DNA of 64,000 bases from Bacillota bacterium (lineage in GTDB: Bacteria > Bacillota > DTU025), in NCBI GenBank assembly GCA_050951805.1, contig JBMNJT010000008.1:192001-256000 (forward strand), written 5' to 3'. Positions 1-9,517 of this stretch are shown here, in pieces. The notes under the pieces were generated by a model. That model worked only from the letters and a program-made list of their open reading frames with translations. It was not told the DNA's origin and ran no database searches. Positions within the stretch are counted from its first letter, which is position 1, and each line of letters begins with the position of its first letter. The position numbers were made by a program, and so were the translations under genes.

Positions 1-184
1 CGGGGACTGCGAATTACGTATGAGGCTCCGGTGCTGCGCCACTTCACTGCGGAATTCGAAAGAGTGTAGATGGGCTTGGTCTGAAAAAGCCGGGTTGTCT
101 TAGCTCGCTTGGGTCCAAGATCTGCAGGATAATTGTTGCTTATGACGAAATCTTGCGCATAGGCCCTAAATGGAGGAATGGCAG

Positions 185-565
185 ATGAAGCGTGCTTTGC
201 TCGGTGCAGCTATTGTTCTGATGTGCACATGCTTGACCGGATGCACTCTGTACTTCGGAGGGTGGGCAACTGCCAGTGGTCGTGTCGTTGAGTGCGCAGA
301 GGGCAGCGAGGGGCAGGTCATTCAGCTTCCTGTTTGCGGCGCGATAGTAACACTCACATCAGCTTCCAACCCCGATTACAGCTTGAACTGTGATACTGAC
401 GAAAATGGATATTGGTTTACTCCGGTCAAAGTTAAGTGCGATATGTACAAAGTGACGGCGAAGATGGATGGATACGCTGATGCGGGGCCGATTGACTTTC
501 CAATAGCAAAGCGAGGCGCCCACTGCATTATGGAGAGGCCCATTGTAATGCAGAAGCACAAGTAG
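185..565 (+). CDS. Lipoprotein with carboxypeptidase-regulatory-like (prealbumin-fold) domain
   Basis: GGAGG at 172-176 precedes ATG 185; signal peptide ending in lipobox LTGC; G-x-V...GAIVTL...TDENGYW...YKVTAKMDGY pattern. Confidence 0.6.
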   Translation: MKRALLGAAIVLMCTCLTGCTLYFGGWATASGRVVECAEGSEGQVIQLPVCGAIVTLTSASNPDYSLNCDTDENGYWFTPVKVKCDMYKVTAKMDGYADAGPIDFPIAKRGAHCIMERPIVMQKHK

Positions 566-609
566 CCGCCGATTAACTGAGTTGACAGGCTGCATAAGTT
601 GTTGACAAG

Positions 610-644
610 ACGCCCTTTCCACTTCAGGCGGGGAGGGCGTTTGC
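610..644 (+). terminator. Probable intrinsic terminator hairpin
   Basis: ACGCCCTTTCC (610-620) pairs with GGGAGGGCGT (631-640), followed by a short T-rich tail, downstream of the lipoprotein gene. Confidence 0.5.
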
Positions 645-699
645 TTACTCGCTTCTCTGGGGAGCATATTCATGAGCACATCGAAGGAGCGAGTTCGCA

Positions 700-1668
700 A
701 TGAAACACCTTATCCACACTAGGCGGCGGAATAAAGTCTCTGTGATCGGCGCTGGCCTTGTAGGGTCGACTTATGCATACACTTTGATGCTTAGCGGGGC
801 AGCGTCAGAGATAGTCCTGCTGGACGCCTGCGTCCAGCGGGCGGAGGGCGAAGCCATGGACCTTTCGCATGGCGCTCCTTTTGCGCCTCCTGTCCGCATA
901 AGGAGCGGAGACTGGGAGGCCACCTCCAATTCGGACATTGTGGTGATAACTGCCGGGGCGGCGCAGAAACCGGGAGAGACCAGGCTCGACCTCGCCAAAA
1001 GCAACGTGGAGGTTTTCCGGGACATAGTGCCCAAGGCTGCTGCCGCCAGTCCGGATTCGATAATGCTCGTCGTCACCAACCCAGTCGATCTCATGGCGTA
1101 TGCCGCGATCGTGATGTCGGGGTTTCCTGCTAGTCGAGTCATAGGTTCTGGCACCCTTCTTGACAGCGCCAGGTTGAGGCAACTCATCGGCGAGCATTGC
1201 AAGGTCGCGCCTGGAAATGTTCATGCATACATCATCGGCGAGCACGGAGACTCAGAAGTGCCTCTTTGGAGCACCGCAAACATTGCAGGCTTGCGTCTGG
1301 ACGAGTATTGCCCTGTGTGCGGGAGGGCATGCGACAGCTCCATCAGAACCCGAATCTTTGAGGAAGTGCGCGATGCAGCATATGAAGTTATAGAGCGAAA
1401 AGGCGCCACGTACTATGCAATAGCCTTGGCCCTCACCGCAGTCACCCGCGCCATACTCCGCGATGAGAGTGCTGTTATGACTGTCTCTTGCCTCATAGAT
1501 GGATTCTGCGGCGCCCGCGACGTATGTCTTTCATTGCCCGCGGTGATTAATCGCTCGGGTGTCGACCGTTTCCTCCACATCCCCCTCACAGAGGATGAAT
1601 GTGAGAACTTTGAGAAATCCGCCCGGGTACTGCAAGATGCTGCTGTTCAGGTTGGCCTACGCAATTGA
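700..1668 (+). CDS. ldh: L-lactate dehydrogenase
   Basis: GAGLVG Rossmann motif, AGAAQKPGETRLDL loop, VTNPVD, SGTLLDSARLR, GEHGDSE catalytic His. Confidence 0.95.
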   Translation: MKHLIHTRRRNKVSVIGAGLVGSTYAYTLMLSGAASEIVLLDACVQRAEGEAMDLSHGAPFAPPVRIRSGDWEATSNSDIVVITAGAAQKPGETRLDLAKSNVEVFRDIVPKAAAASPDSIMLVVTNPVDLMAYAAIVMSGFPASRVIGSGTLLDSARLRQLIGEHCKVAPGNVHAYIIGEHGDSEVPLWSTANIAGLRLDEYCPVCGRACDSSIRTRIFEEVRDAAYEVIERKGATYYAIALALTAVTRAILRDESAVMTVSCLIDGFCGARDVCLSLPAVINRSGVDRFLHIPLTEDECENFEKSARVLQDAAVQVGLRN

Positions 1669-1947
1669 GAAGAGTTGCTTGGCAATGAGTGTCGTGGTTT
1701 AATTGGCGGCAATAGTCGCGCTAACATCGGGCTTGCGGGGGGGACGCATGTGATGAAGATTGCAGCCAAAGACGCGTTTTGTTCAAGGCGCAGAGTCTGC
1801 CAACTTGCGTGTCCCGTTATCGGTATTTGGCGAAAATAACTCCAATATGGGCCTTTTGGCGTTAGGCAAAAAAGAAGCATCTTATCCCATCAGAACGCTG
1901 CGATTTGGCTTCGGCATGTTTGAGGAGGCAGTGCTGACTGGAGAATC

Positions 1948-2632
1948 CTACTTCAGGAATGTCCCATTTCGTTGGACGGGCACCCCATCCAACTGGATCT
2001 CGCCGCCCTTTCGAAGGTCTGCGATCATATCCCAGAAGAGAATGTCCCGGGTGAACTTGGTTATCCCCATGTTCGACCCGATCCCGAATTCCCCTATATA
2101 CCTCGCTCCCGGGTCGGTATCGAGCATCTCCATGAGAAACTCCCCATTCTTCTCAGCACTGGCCTTCCGCTCAATCCTCCACAGGCGAAAAGAAGACCTC
2201 GCCATCGGGCATATTGTAATGTCCGTCGCAGTTGATGCCCGGCCTGTCGGCTATGGAGAACCGTAGATCAGTCGCTTCTTTGCGGCCTCCACTTGGCGCT
2301 TCGATAATCTCGGGCCAGTCCACGTTTGTAGCTCCGAAGACGAAATCCTCGTATTCCCCTAGCGACATCTCGGCCTTTTGAGCCAGTGTATTGCATGGGA
2401 AGTTGCAGCAGCACCACCTCACACTGCTCTTCATCAACCAATCGGAGACAGGCTGTACGGCTCGGCGCCTAACCCCCATTTTGGCAGGGCTCACATTCGC
2501 AGTCTCGGATATGCTTATCAGGCAATCCGATGCCTCATATTCCGCGAGGTCGATCGGGAGCAAAGTGGCCAACTGCTCTTGTATGCTTCCTCATAGAGAA
2601 TCCGCGTCACCTCGGGCATGGAGACTTTGAAC
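1948..2632 (-). pseudogene. M29 aminopeptidase (aminopeptidase T/AmpS-like) pseudogene, 3' part
   Basis: Frameshifted fragments AQKAEMSLGEYEDFVF, DGHYNMPDGEVFFSP, DPGARYIGEFGIGSN, WDMIADLRKGGEIQLDG; joins the 5' fragment across the IS. Confidence 0.85.
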
Positions 2633-2798
2633 CTAGGAATCTGCTCGGAAACTCCTCAAGGGCAGGCGTGAAGTTCGCCGCACCGAGTTGACTGAGAGCG
2701 ATGTATCATCATGCGCGGACGTATAGGACGGCTATGTTGGGTTTGTCATCATAATACGCAACATTGCTTTCAAGTTCGTGGTATTACGCCCACATATG

Positions 2799-2807
2799 TG
2801 CTATAAT
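2799..2807 (+). promoter_or_regulatory. Extended -10 promoter of the transposase
   Basis: TGcTATAAT about 30 bp upstream of GGAGG/ATG. Confidence 0.5.
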
Positions 2808-2839
2808 AGCAGTATAACATGTGTTTGGAGGCTACATCC

Positions 2840-4357
2840 ATGCAAGGCCGGCGCGAACAACAGTTGACGTTTTCCGATGCTCTCTGGCCCAATGAAATAC
2901 CCGAGAATTCCTACTGGGCAAGAATGCGAAAATACCTCCTTCAAATAGATGAATCAGTGTTCAGCCCTTTGTTTTCGCATACGGGGCGTCCCTCGATTTC
3001 ACCTGTGCTCACCTTTGGCGCAATGCTCATTCAGCTTGAAATGGGCTGGTCAGACAGGCAGTTGGAGGAAGAATCCCGGTTTGACGATCGCTGTAAATAT
3101 GCCTTCGGGGTGAGTCGGGATTTCGCGGGGATTGATGCAGTTACCCTCTGCGAGCATAGGGCAAGGTTCATAGAATCAGGCATCATATTCACCTTGTTTC
3201 GCGACTTGCTGGCCGACGCCAAAGCAAAAGACCTCCTCTCCGAGGACAAGCTCGAGATCGTCGATTCCTTTATGACCTATGGAGCCGCTGCTGTCCAAGA
3301 TACATACACATTGCTACGCAAGGGAGTCGTGCGGGTTCTCAAGATAGCCGAGTTCCATGAGCTCGATTCCAAGCTGACGCCTGTGCTTGGCCGCAAGGAT
3401 TACACAACCGATGCAAAACCCAAGATCAACTGGGATGACCCTGAGGAGAAGCGCCTTCTGTTGGAATCTTATGTTGTTGACGCACGTAACCTTGTAGCCG
3501 CCGTCCGTGCTTTGCAGCCTTTGCCCCGGGATTTGAAGGATGCGGCTGACCTGCTGGAACGCATTGCAAAGCAAGATATCGAGGACGATGATGGCCAGAT
3601 CAAGATGAAAAGAGGCGTTGCGAAAGACAGGATAATATCTGTTAATGACCCAGATATGCGACACGGGCGCAAGACATCGTCCTCCAAATTCGATGGGTAC
3701 AAAACGCACATCATGACCGATGGCAATTTCGTAACTGCCGTGGTTGAGACGCCTGCCAACAAGGCTGACTCCGAACCATTCCCTGATCTTATGGATCAAT
3801 GTGAGGCAAATGGAATCAAGTTTACGGAGGTCATGGGCGACAGCGCATACAGCAATTGGCCGATTATCGACAGAAAGGCCAAGGATGGGATAACTGTGAT
3901 AGCCAAAGTGCCATCGGAACCGATAGTGGATGGAAGATACCCAAAGAGCAAATTTGACATAGACACGGAAAACGGTGTGGTTGCCTGCCCAGAGGGGTTT
4001 GCAGCTCAGTTTGATCCATCTGCGATCGAGAGGCGAGAAGGGACCGTTGCTCGTTTTTCAGACTGCACGGAATGCCCCTCAAAAGCGGAATGCACGGGTT
4101 CTCCAAGAGGCCGCAGCATATCAATTCATCGCTATGAGCCGGAGATAGCTGCAGAACGGAAAAAGCAGGCAACGCCGGAATTCAAGGAATTCTATTCAGA
4201 GCGCGCCAATGGCGAGAGGATCATAAGCCACCTGACAAGGCACGGGGGCAGACAAGCAAGGTACATAGGAATCTTCAAAGTGTGGTGCCAGGAGGTCCTC
4301 ACAGCGCTCAATCACAACATCAAGGCCTTCTATAGACTGGCGCCAGCCACTGGCTAG
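2840..4357 (+). CDS. DDE transposase, IS1182 family
   Basis: GRPSISP and SDRQLEE N-terminal motifs, IVDS, DRIISVNDPDMRHGRK, GYKTH, MGDSAY, Cys-rich insertion, YSERANGE; RBS GGAGG 2827-2831. Confidence 0.9.
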   Translation: MQGRREQQLTFSDALWPNEIPENSYWARMRKYLLQIDESVFSPLFSHTGRPSISPVLTFGAMLIQLEMGWSDRQLEEESRFDDRCKYAFGVSRDFAGIDAVTLCEHRARFIESGIIFTLFRDLLADAKAKDLLSEDKLEIVDSFMTYGAAAVQDTYTLLRKGVVRVLKIAEFHELDSKLTPVLGRKDYTTDAKPKINWDDPEEKRLLLESYVVDARNLVAAVRALQPLPRDLKDAADLLERIAKQDIEDDDGQIKMKRGVAKDRIISVNDPDMRHGRKTSSSKFDGYKTHIMTDGNFVTAVVETPANKADSEPFPDLMDQCEANGIKFTEVMGDSAYSNWPIIDRKAKDGITVIAKVPSEPIVDGRYPKSKFDIDTENGVVACPEGFAAQFDPSAIERREGTVARFSDCTECPSKAECTGSPRGRSISIHRYEPEIAAERKKQATPEFKEFYSERANGERIISHLTRHGGRQARYIGIFKVWCQEVLTALNHNIKAFYRLAPATG

Positions 4358-4556
4358 ATGTTGCAGGGGAGGACTGCCTGCAGAATCGGATGAACAGGGG
4401 CAAATGGCAAGCGCCTGAGGCAATTAAGGCCACAGGTTAGGCCCGTGATGCCCTCGGTCGTTGCGAATAGCCTTCAGATAACCGCATATTGCCTTTTCAT
4501 GATTGCCAAAGATCCCGTGGCGCTGATATCGGCTCTATTTACGAGCAGATTCCTAG

Positions 4557-4713
4557 GATATCCTCCCCGTTGGAGGACTCTTCTGTACACCGCCTCCACC
4601 AGCTGCGAACCGTCGAGATCCGCGCTGATTATCACCACATCGCCATCTTGGACACTGACTGAGTAGTCTACAAGAGTCTTTGTCAGCTCCCACACCCTCG
4701 GGTCCATAATCAT
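4557..4713 (-). pseudogene. M29 aminopeptidase pseudogene, 5' part
   Basis: MDPRVWELTKTLVDYSVSVQDGDVVII...LVEAVYRRVLQRGGYP N-terminus with GGAGGT RBS; cut by the IS at CTAG. Confidence 0.85.
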
Positions 4714-5025
4714 TACCTCCAATTCCGCATCGGCTTTTCCTATAGCAATTTTTCAGAAGCAGCTCTGGGTTTTCCTGCAGGCGAATTGGATTGTCTCCGA
4801 GCCTCCGCGAAACGCGCCTCGATCGCGATGCCTTGAATAGTTGGGGCTGGCATGGGGCTGTACTAAACCATATAGGCCGGGCTGGGCGGTGCGACCGCTT
4901 TCGAATATCGCCGACTGAATTGTCCCAGGCACCGAGAACCTGTATACTCAAGATGGCAGCCAGGGCTTGCCTTTCAAAGCAGAGCGGGCTCGGGTCCGCG
5001 TTGTCTGTACTGAGGTGATAAATTA

Positions 5026-7584
5026 ATGCAGGATCGAAAACATTCCAAGGCACGCAACAAGGAGTCGTCGCGCAAGAGACGCGGCGGAGCGGGCGCGCCG
5101 ACGGCTAGGCAGAAGCAACAGCCGGGCCCGGCGAAGAGCCGTTCAAGGAAATCTTCGGACTTGCACGGCCCCGGCAATGCCAAAAGGCCGACACAGCATG
5201 GCTCTGATCATCGACGCAAAAAGGAATTGTCGCGTTCTGTGGCGGCTTTTGCGCCGGATATCGAATTCCCTGTTTCCGAGGAGGAGCGCGCGGCTGTGCC
5301 CGTAGAATACAGGGGATTGAAGCTCGATCCCTTCCAGCAGGAAGCCATCAGGCATCTTGAGGCCGGAAGATCCGTCCTCGTTTCTGCTCCTACAGGCGTC
5401 GGCAAAACATTGGTGGCCGACTATCTCATCGAGCGTATGTACAACGAAAAGAGCAGAGTGATATATACTGCGCCCATCAAGGCCTTGTCGAACCAGAAAT
5501 TCAAGGAGTTCAAACGGCTTTTGGGCGAGGAGAACGTCGGGATCATAACGGGCGACGTCGTCATCAACTCATCGGCCCAGATACTGATCATGACCACGGA
5601 GATCTTCCGGAACATGCTCCATTTGAGTCCCCACGCCTTAGACGGCGTCTCCCACGTAATATTCGACGAAATACACTTCATCTCCGATGAGGACCGTGGC
5701 ACGGTGTGGGAGGAGTCGATTATATTCATGCCGGAGCAGATGAGGCTCCTCGGGCTCTCTGCAACCATACCCAACGCAGGCGAGCTGGCCTGCTGGATGC
5801 GGGAGATAAAGGGACATGATGTGGCAGTAGTCCGCCATTTTAAGCGCGTAGTTCCCCTGAGACACTTTGTGTACGAGAAATCGCGCGGCGCATGCACATT
5901 GAAGGAGATGAGGCAGTACAAGGCCGAACGAGACCGGGAAATCGAAGAGGCCGAAGCTTTGGCGGCTGGAGCGGGCCCGAGATACCAGACGACAACCCAT
6001 GTCGACCTCGTGAATTATCTCACGGAGGAACAGAAGTTGCCATGCCTTTACTTCGTCTTCAGCCGGAGACAGTGTGAGGAAAAAGCCGAAGAACTGGCAA
6101 GAACGGCAAATTACTTGAGCTTTGCCGAACGAAAAGAAGTCCTTTCCTTTTTCGATGAGAGAATCGAAGGAATGAATATCGAGTCGATGCCGAGCGTTAA
6201 GAAGATGCGCCGAATACTGGGTAGGGGGATCGCATACCATCACGCCGGGCTTTTGCCGGTCCTCAAAGAGATCGTTGAAGACCTCTTCGAGCGCAGGATG
6301 GTGCAGGTTCTCTACGCTACTGAGACCTTTGCCGTGGGCATCAACTTCCCTGTGAAAACTGTGTGCTTTGACGGAGTCCGCAAGTTCAACGGCGTCGATT
6401 TCGCGCCCATGAGCGCCCAGGAATACTTCCAGATGGCGGGGCGCGCGGGCAGGAGGGGCATAGACCCTGAAGGCTACGTGTACATACTCGTGGACCTCAA
6501 CTATTTCCGTCCCGAAGAATATCCCAGCACTGATGAACGAAGCGTCGAGCCTTTGGTGAGCCGATTTACCATATCATACAACACCGTCGTCAACCTGATC
6601 GCGACCCGGTCGCCGGAGGAAATACGCAAAGTCTTGAAGCAGAACTTCGCCAGCTATCAGAGGGATGCCGAGAGGTTGGAAATAGAGGAGGCCTTGAGCT
6701 CTGCGCGAGCAATGGAATCCGAGATCATCGCGGAAGCGTGCGAGCTTCTGGACAAACCGGGATGTCCGCTCTACGCCGGAAAACTCCGTTCCCGTCTCGC
6801 GGAGACCCGGGTTCAACTGAAGAGAGCCTCCAAAAGGAAAAGAAGCCGCGGCAAACGCGCTGCGCTCAGAGTTGAAATGGACGAGATCCGAGCTGAGCTC
6901 GGTTCACTGGATACCCGCGAATGCGAGGTCGCTCGGAGGAAGGCCTGCCGAAAACTGCTGTCTAAGAGGGGAGTCGTAGTCGGCCGCATGGAGAATCTAT
7001 ACGAGCGCATGCGTAGGCTAGGTAGCGAGGAAAGGTATGTGCACGAGTTCAGAAGGAAACAGGCACTCCTTGAAAGACTCAGTTACGTGCAAGACGGCGT
7101 TCTTTTGCCTAGGGGGGAAATATGCCGCGAAATACACACACAGGAACTCCTTGTGACTGAGCTGATTTTTGCAGGCGTCTTTCACGAGTTCGACATAGAC
7201 CAAATCGCTGCATTGGCGGTTTGCATCGATTATGAGCCGCGGCGCGGAGAGTTCGCTGCGAAGTCAGTCCCGTTCGATCTTGCCCGGATCCGTGAAATAG
7301 CCGAAGCTATAGAGGTTGTTGAAGAGAGCTTTGTAGGCACAAGCTCACTCCAGTTTTTCACCGGCCTTGCCCCGCTTGCTTACAGATGGAGCCAGGGCGA
7401 GGACTTCGCTGACTTGATGAAGGGTTCAAGTTATGCCGAAGGCGACGTAGTCTCCAGTTTCCGGCGGGCCATCGACCTTCTCCGACAAGTGCGGGCAGCG
7501 TGCAAAGACGACCTCGCTCTGGCTGACAAGATAACGGAGACCATAAGACGGATCGACAGGGATGTTGTAGAGGTAGTGCTATAG
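5026..7584 (+). CDS. Ski2/HelY-like DExH-box RNA helicase with DSHCT C-terminus
   Basis: LDPFQ, APTGVGKT, PIKALSNQK, DEIH, LSAT, HHAGLLP, QMAGRAGRRG, EGDVVSSFRRAIDLLRQ. Confidence 0.92.
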   Translation: MQDRKHSKARNKESSRKRRGGAGAPTARQKQQPGPAKSRSRKSSDLHGPGNAKRPTQHGSDHRRKKELSRSVAAFAPDIEFPVSEEERAAVPVEYRGLKLDPFQQEAIRHLEAGRSVLVSAPTGVGKTLVADYLIERMYNEKSRVIYTAPIKALSNQKFKEFKRLLGEENVGIITGDVVINSSAQILIMTTEIFRNMLHLSPHALDGVSHVIFDEIHFISDEDRGTVWEESIIFMPEQMRLLGLSATIPNAGELACWMREIKGHDVAVVRHFKRVVPLRHFVYEKSRGACTLKEMRQYKAERDREIEEAEALAAGAGPRYQTTTHVDLVNYLTEEQKLPCLYFVFSRRQCEEKAEELARTANYLSFAERKEVLSFFDERIEGMNIESMPSVKKMRRILGRGIAYHHAGLLPVLKEIVEDLFERRMVQVLYATETFAVGINFPVKTVCFDGVRKFNGVDFAPMSAQEYFQMAGRAGRRGIDPEGYVYILVDLNYFRPEEYPSTDERSVEPLVSRFTISYNTVVNLIATRSPEEIRKVLKQNFASYQRDAERLEIEEALSSARAMESEIIAEACELLDKPGCPLYAGKLRSRLAETRVQLKRASKRKRSRGKRAALRVEMDEIRAELGSLDTRECEVARRKACRKLLSKRGVVVGRMENLYERMRRLGSEERYVHEFRRKQALLERLSYVQDGVLLPRGEICREIHTQELLVTELIFAGVFHEFDIDQIAALAVCIDYEPRRGEFAAKSVPFDLARIREIAEAIEVVEESFVGTSSLQFFTGLAPLAYRWSQGEDFADLMKGSSYAEGDVVSSFRRAIDLLRQVRAACKDDLALADKITETIRRIDRDVVEVVL

Positions 7585-7672
7585 AAATTATCTCGGCTTT
7601 CATTAGACAACTAATACCCCAACAACAGGTAGCGCACATTCCAGGATTCCGCAGTGAACTGTTGGGACCTGT

Positions 7673-8803
7673 TCAGTTCCCGCGCTCCGGGGCAACCTGG
7701 CGAGATTCACTTGCATACTCGAGGATTCTATTGAGAGTTCGTTCCCTTAGCCCTTTGACAGCATCAAAATCGATGTTGGGAGTGTATAGGGATTCCAGAA
7801 AACGGTGCGCGTCCCGCGCCTGGCCGAGGAAGAATATTGCTCGGTCCATCGCCTCTTGCATTAGGCTGCGGTCGTAATCCACTATCCTTGCGTTGCGTTC
7901 TACGACTGTTCGATCGAGACATTGCTCCATGTCTATGACGATGTCGTCTTTGCGAGGGGTCCACACGTGCGGTTCGACAGACGTGATCAGTGCTGTCTTG
8001 ATAGCAGGTATCACAAGGTGCTCGAGACTTTCGGGGTTGAGCGAACAATGGAAAAGCTCCACATCTAGCCCTGAACGGATCGCGTGGTCGGCTACGTACC
8101 CGATGAGGGTAGATTTTCCGGATCCAGGGCCTCCGTGGATGACAAACCGCCTCAAGCAGCCTGCTACCACCGTGTCGAGGTAGTTGACGAAGCCGTCCGG
8201 TGTTATCGCCGATGCAAAGAGGCTGCGTTTCTTGCCGGGGCGGTCAGCCACGCTCGTCTGTCCGAAAACGTCCACGATTATCTGGTGGCAGAGCTTGTTG
8301 GCGGCACCTGCATCAAGCGCTTCAGCATTTGCGTCGCTCCAGTCATCTAGCACGTCCCCTGCAGTCCGGAGGAACCTGTAGGCGCGCTGAAAGTGGCGGG
8401 ATGCATCTTTGGAGCAGTTTATTATCTCGTCCTTCTTGGCACGCATCGCAGATTCGTTCCAGTAGTCTCCCAGATACAGAATTTCGTCTACAGCCCCTGG
8501 AAAACGGGGATCCACCATGTGAGGGGCGGTCCCATCCATGAGCGCGACACCGATTCCCGGCATAACCACGCCGTCCAGAGAAGACGGATCCGAGGAGCAG
8601 TGAAAGAGCTCGACATCGTAACCGAGATCGGCCATGTGTTCGGCAATGTACTTCATCAGAGTCGATTTTCCGACTCCGGGGCCTCCTTTTAGGACTATGG
8701 TTCTGGTAGCATCTTGTCCTATTATGTTGTCATAGAAGGAGCGAAAACCGCCGGACGTATTGCCTCCGGCAAACATGCGCCTCACCTGGGCTACAGTGGC
8801 CAT
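7673..8803 (-). CDS. PRK06851-like protein with two P-loop repeats
   Basis: FAGGNTSGGFRSFY, KGGPGVGKST, HCSSDPSSLDG, DGTAPH, second GGPGSGKST and HCSLNPESLEH. Confidence 0.85.
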   Translation of the reverse strand: MATVAQVRRMFAGGNTSGGFRSFYDNIIGQDATRTIVLKGGPGVGKSTLMKYIAEHMADLGYDVELFHCSSDPSSLDGVVMPGIGVALMDGTAPHMVDPRFPGAVDEILYLGDYWNESAMRAKKDEIINCSKDASRHFQRAYRFLRTAGDVLDDWSDANAEALDAGAANKLCHQIIVDVFGQTSVADRPGKKRSLFASAITPDGFVNYLDTVVAGCLRRFVIHGGPGSGKSTLIGYVADHAIRSGLDVELFHCSLNPESLEHLVIPAIKTALITSVEPHVWTPRKDDIVIDMEQCLDRTVVERNARIVDYDRSLMQEAMDRAIFFLGQARDAHRFLESLYTPNIDFDAVKGLRERTLNRILEYASESRQVAPERGN

Positions 8804-8923
8804 AATCTGATTCCCTCCAATAACCAGGTCACACTTAGCCTATGCCAAATTGGGTCCATGTGTACGGCAGAACGAAGAAAACTTGGAGAACCGATGGAGT
8901 GTACCGGCGAGGAGGAGAATGGC

Positions 8924-9517
8924 GTGAAAATCGATTGGCCGGGGTTCTTCTTCTGCTGAATATACAGGATTGCCAGAAACAGAAAAATGAGCGTTGCCAT
9001 TGGCACAGCCCTTCTGCCACTCGCCGGCGTATTTTTGGTTCTTGCCACGGCCCCTGACGCCCAGCAAGTTGTGGATACAGACGGCAACCTCACGCACAAA
9101 GCGTTTGTTGTCATGCAAAGAGACCTCAACCATGAGGAACTCAATCTCAAAATGGACATAGATTCGGGAAGCATGAAGATCATGGCTGAACACGGCCGGA
9201 ACATGCTTGCAGCCAAGGCCGGTTATTGGTCGCCAGCGAATAGACCGTCGTGCCGTGAAAAGATGAATACGAAATCGCCGTAGGTGACCTGCTCTGACTA
9301 CTTCTTCGACATCAAGGTTGGCTTCGGCAGTGTCGATGGAATCATTGAAGGACTTGACGTGCGCGACGTTGAAGTTCGAGTCGTAAGTGGAAAGTTCGTG
9401 TTCTCCTTTACCGGACAGGGCTTGAGACAACTCGCGGGCTTTTGACCAAAAGAGGCCGATATCTCCTGGCTAGGCAATTCGGGAATAGATAGAGCACGGG
9501 AAAAAGTGGGATCCGGC
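8924..9517 (+). pseudogene. DUF2154/LiaF-like (toast-rack) envelope protein pseudogene, 5' part
   Basis: GAGGAGGAG RBS, GTG 8924, hydrophobic N-terminus, repeated x-K-V-G-x-G beta motifs; in-frame stops at 8957 (TGA), 9281 (TAG), 9443 (TGA); cut by IS256. Confidence 0.6.

Larger units (their letters stand above)
2637..4552 (+). mobile_element. IS1182-family-like insertion sequence
   Basis: Terminal inverted repeats GAATCTGCTCGGAAA / TTTACGAGCAGATTC; CTAG target duplication at 2633-2636 and 4553-4556; single DDE transposase. Confidence 0.88.

Noticed and set aside
1306-1335. CPVCGRAC motif in LDH as a novel metal site
   Set aside because: Similar Cys-rich segments occur in LDHs of other thermophilic anaerobes such as Thermotoga maritima.
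8957-8959. In-frame TGA after Cys as selenocysteine
   Set aside because: No SECIS-like hairpin at the selD spacing; the same frame also has a TAG and an IS insertion, so nonsense decay is simpler.
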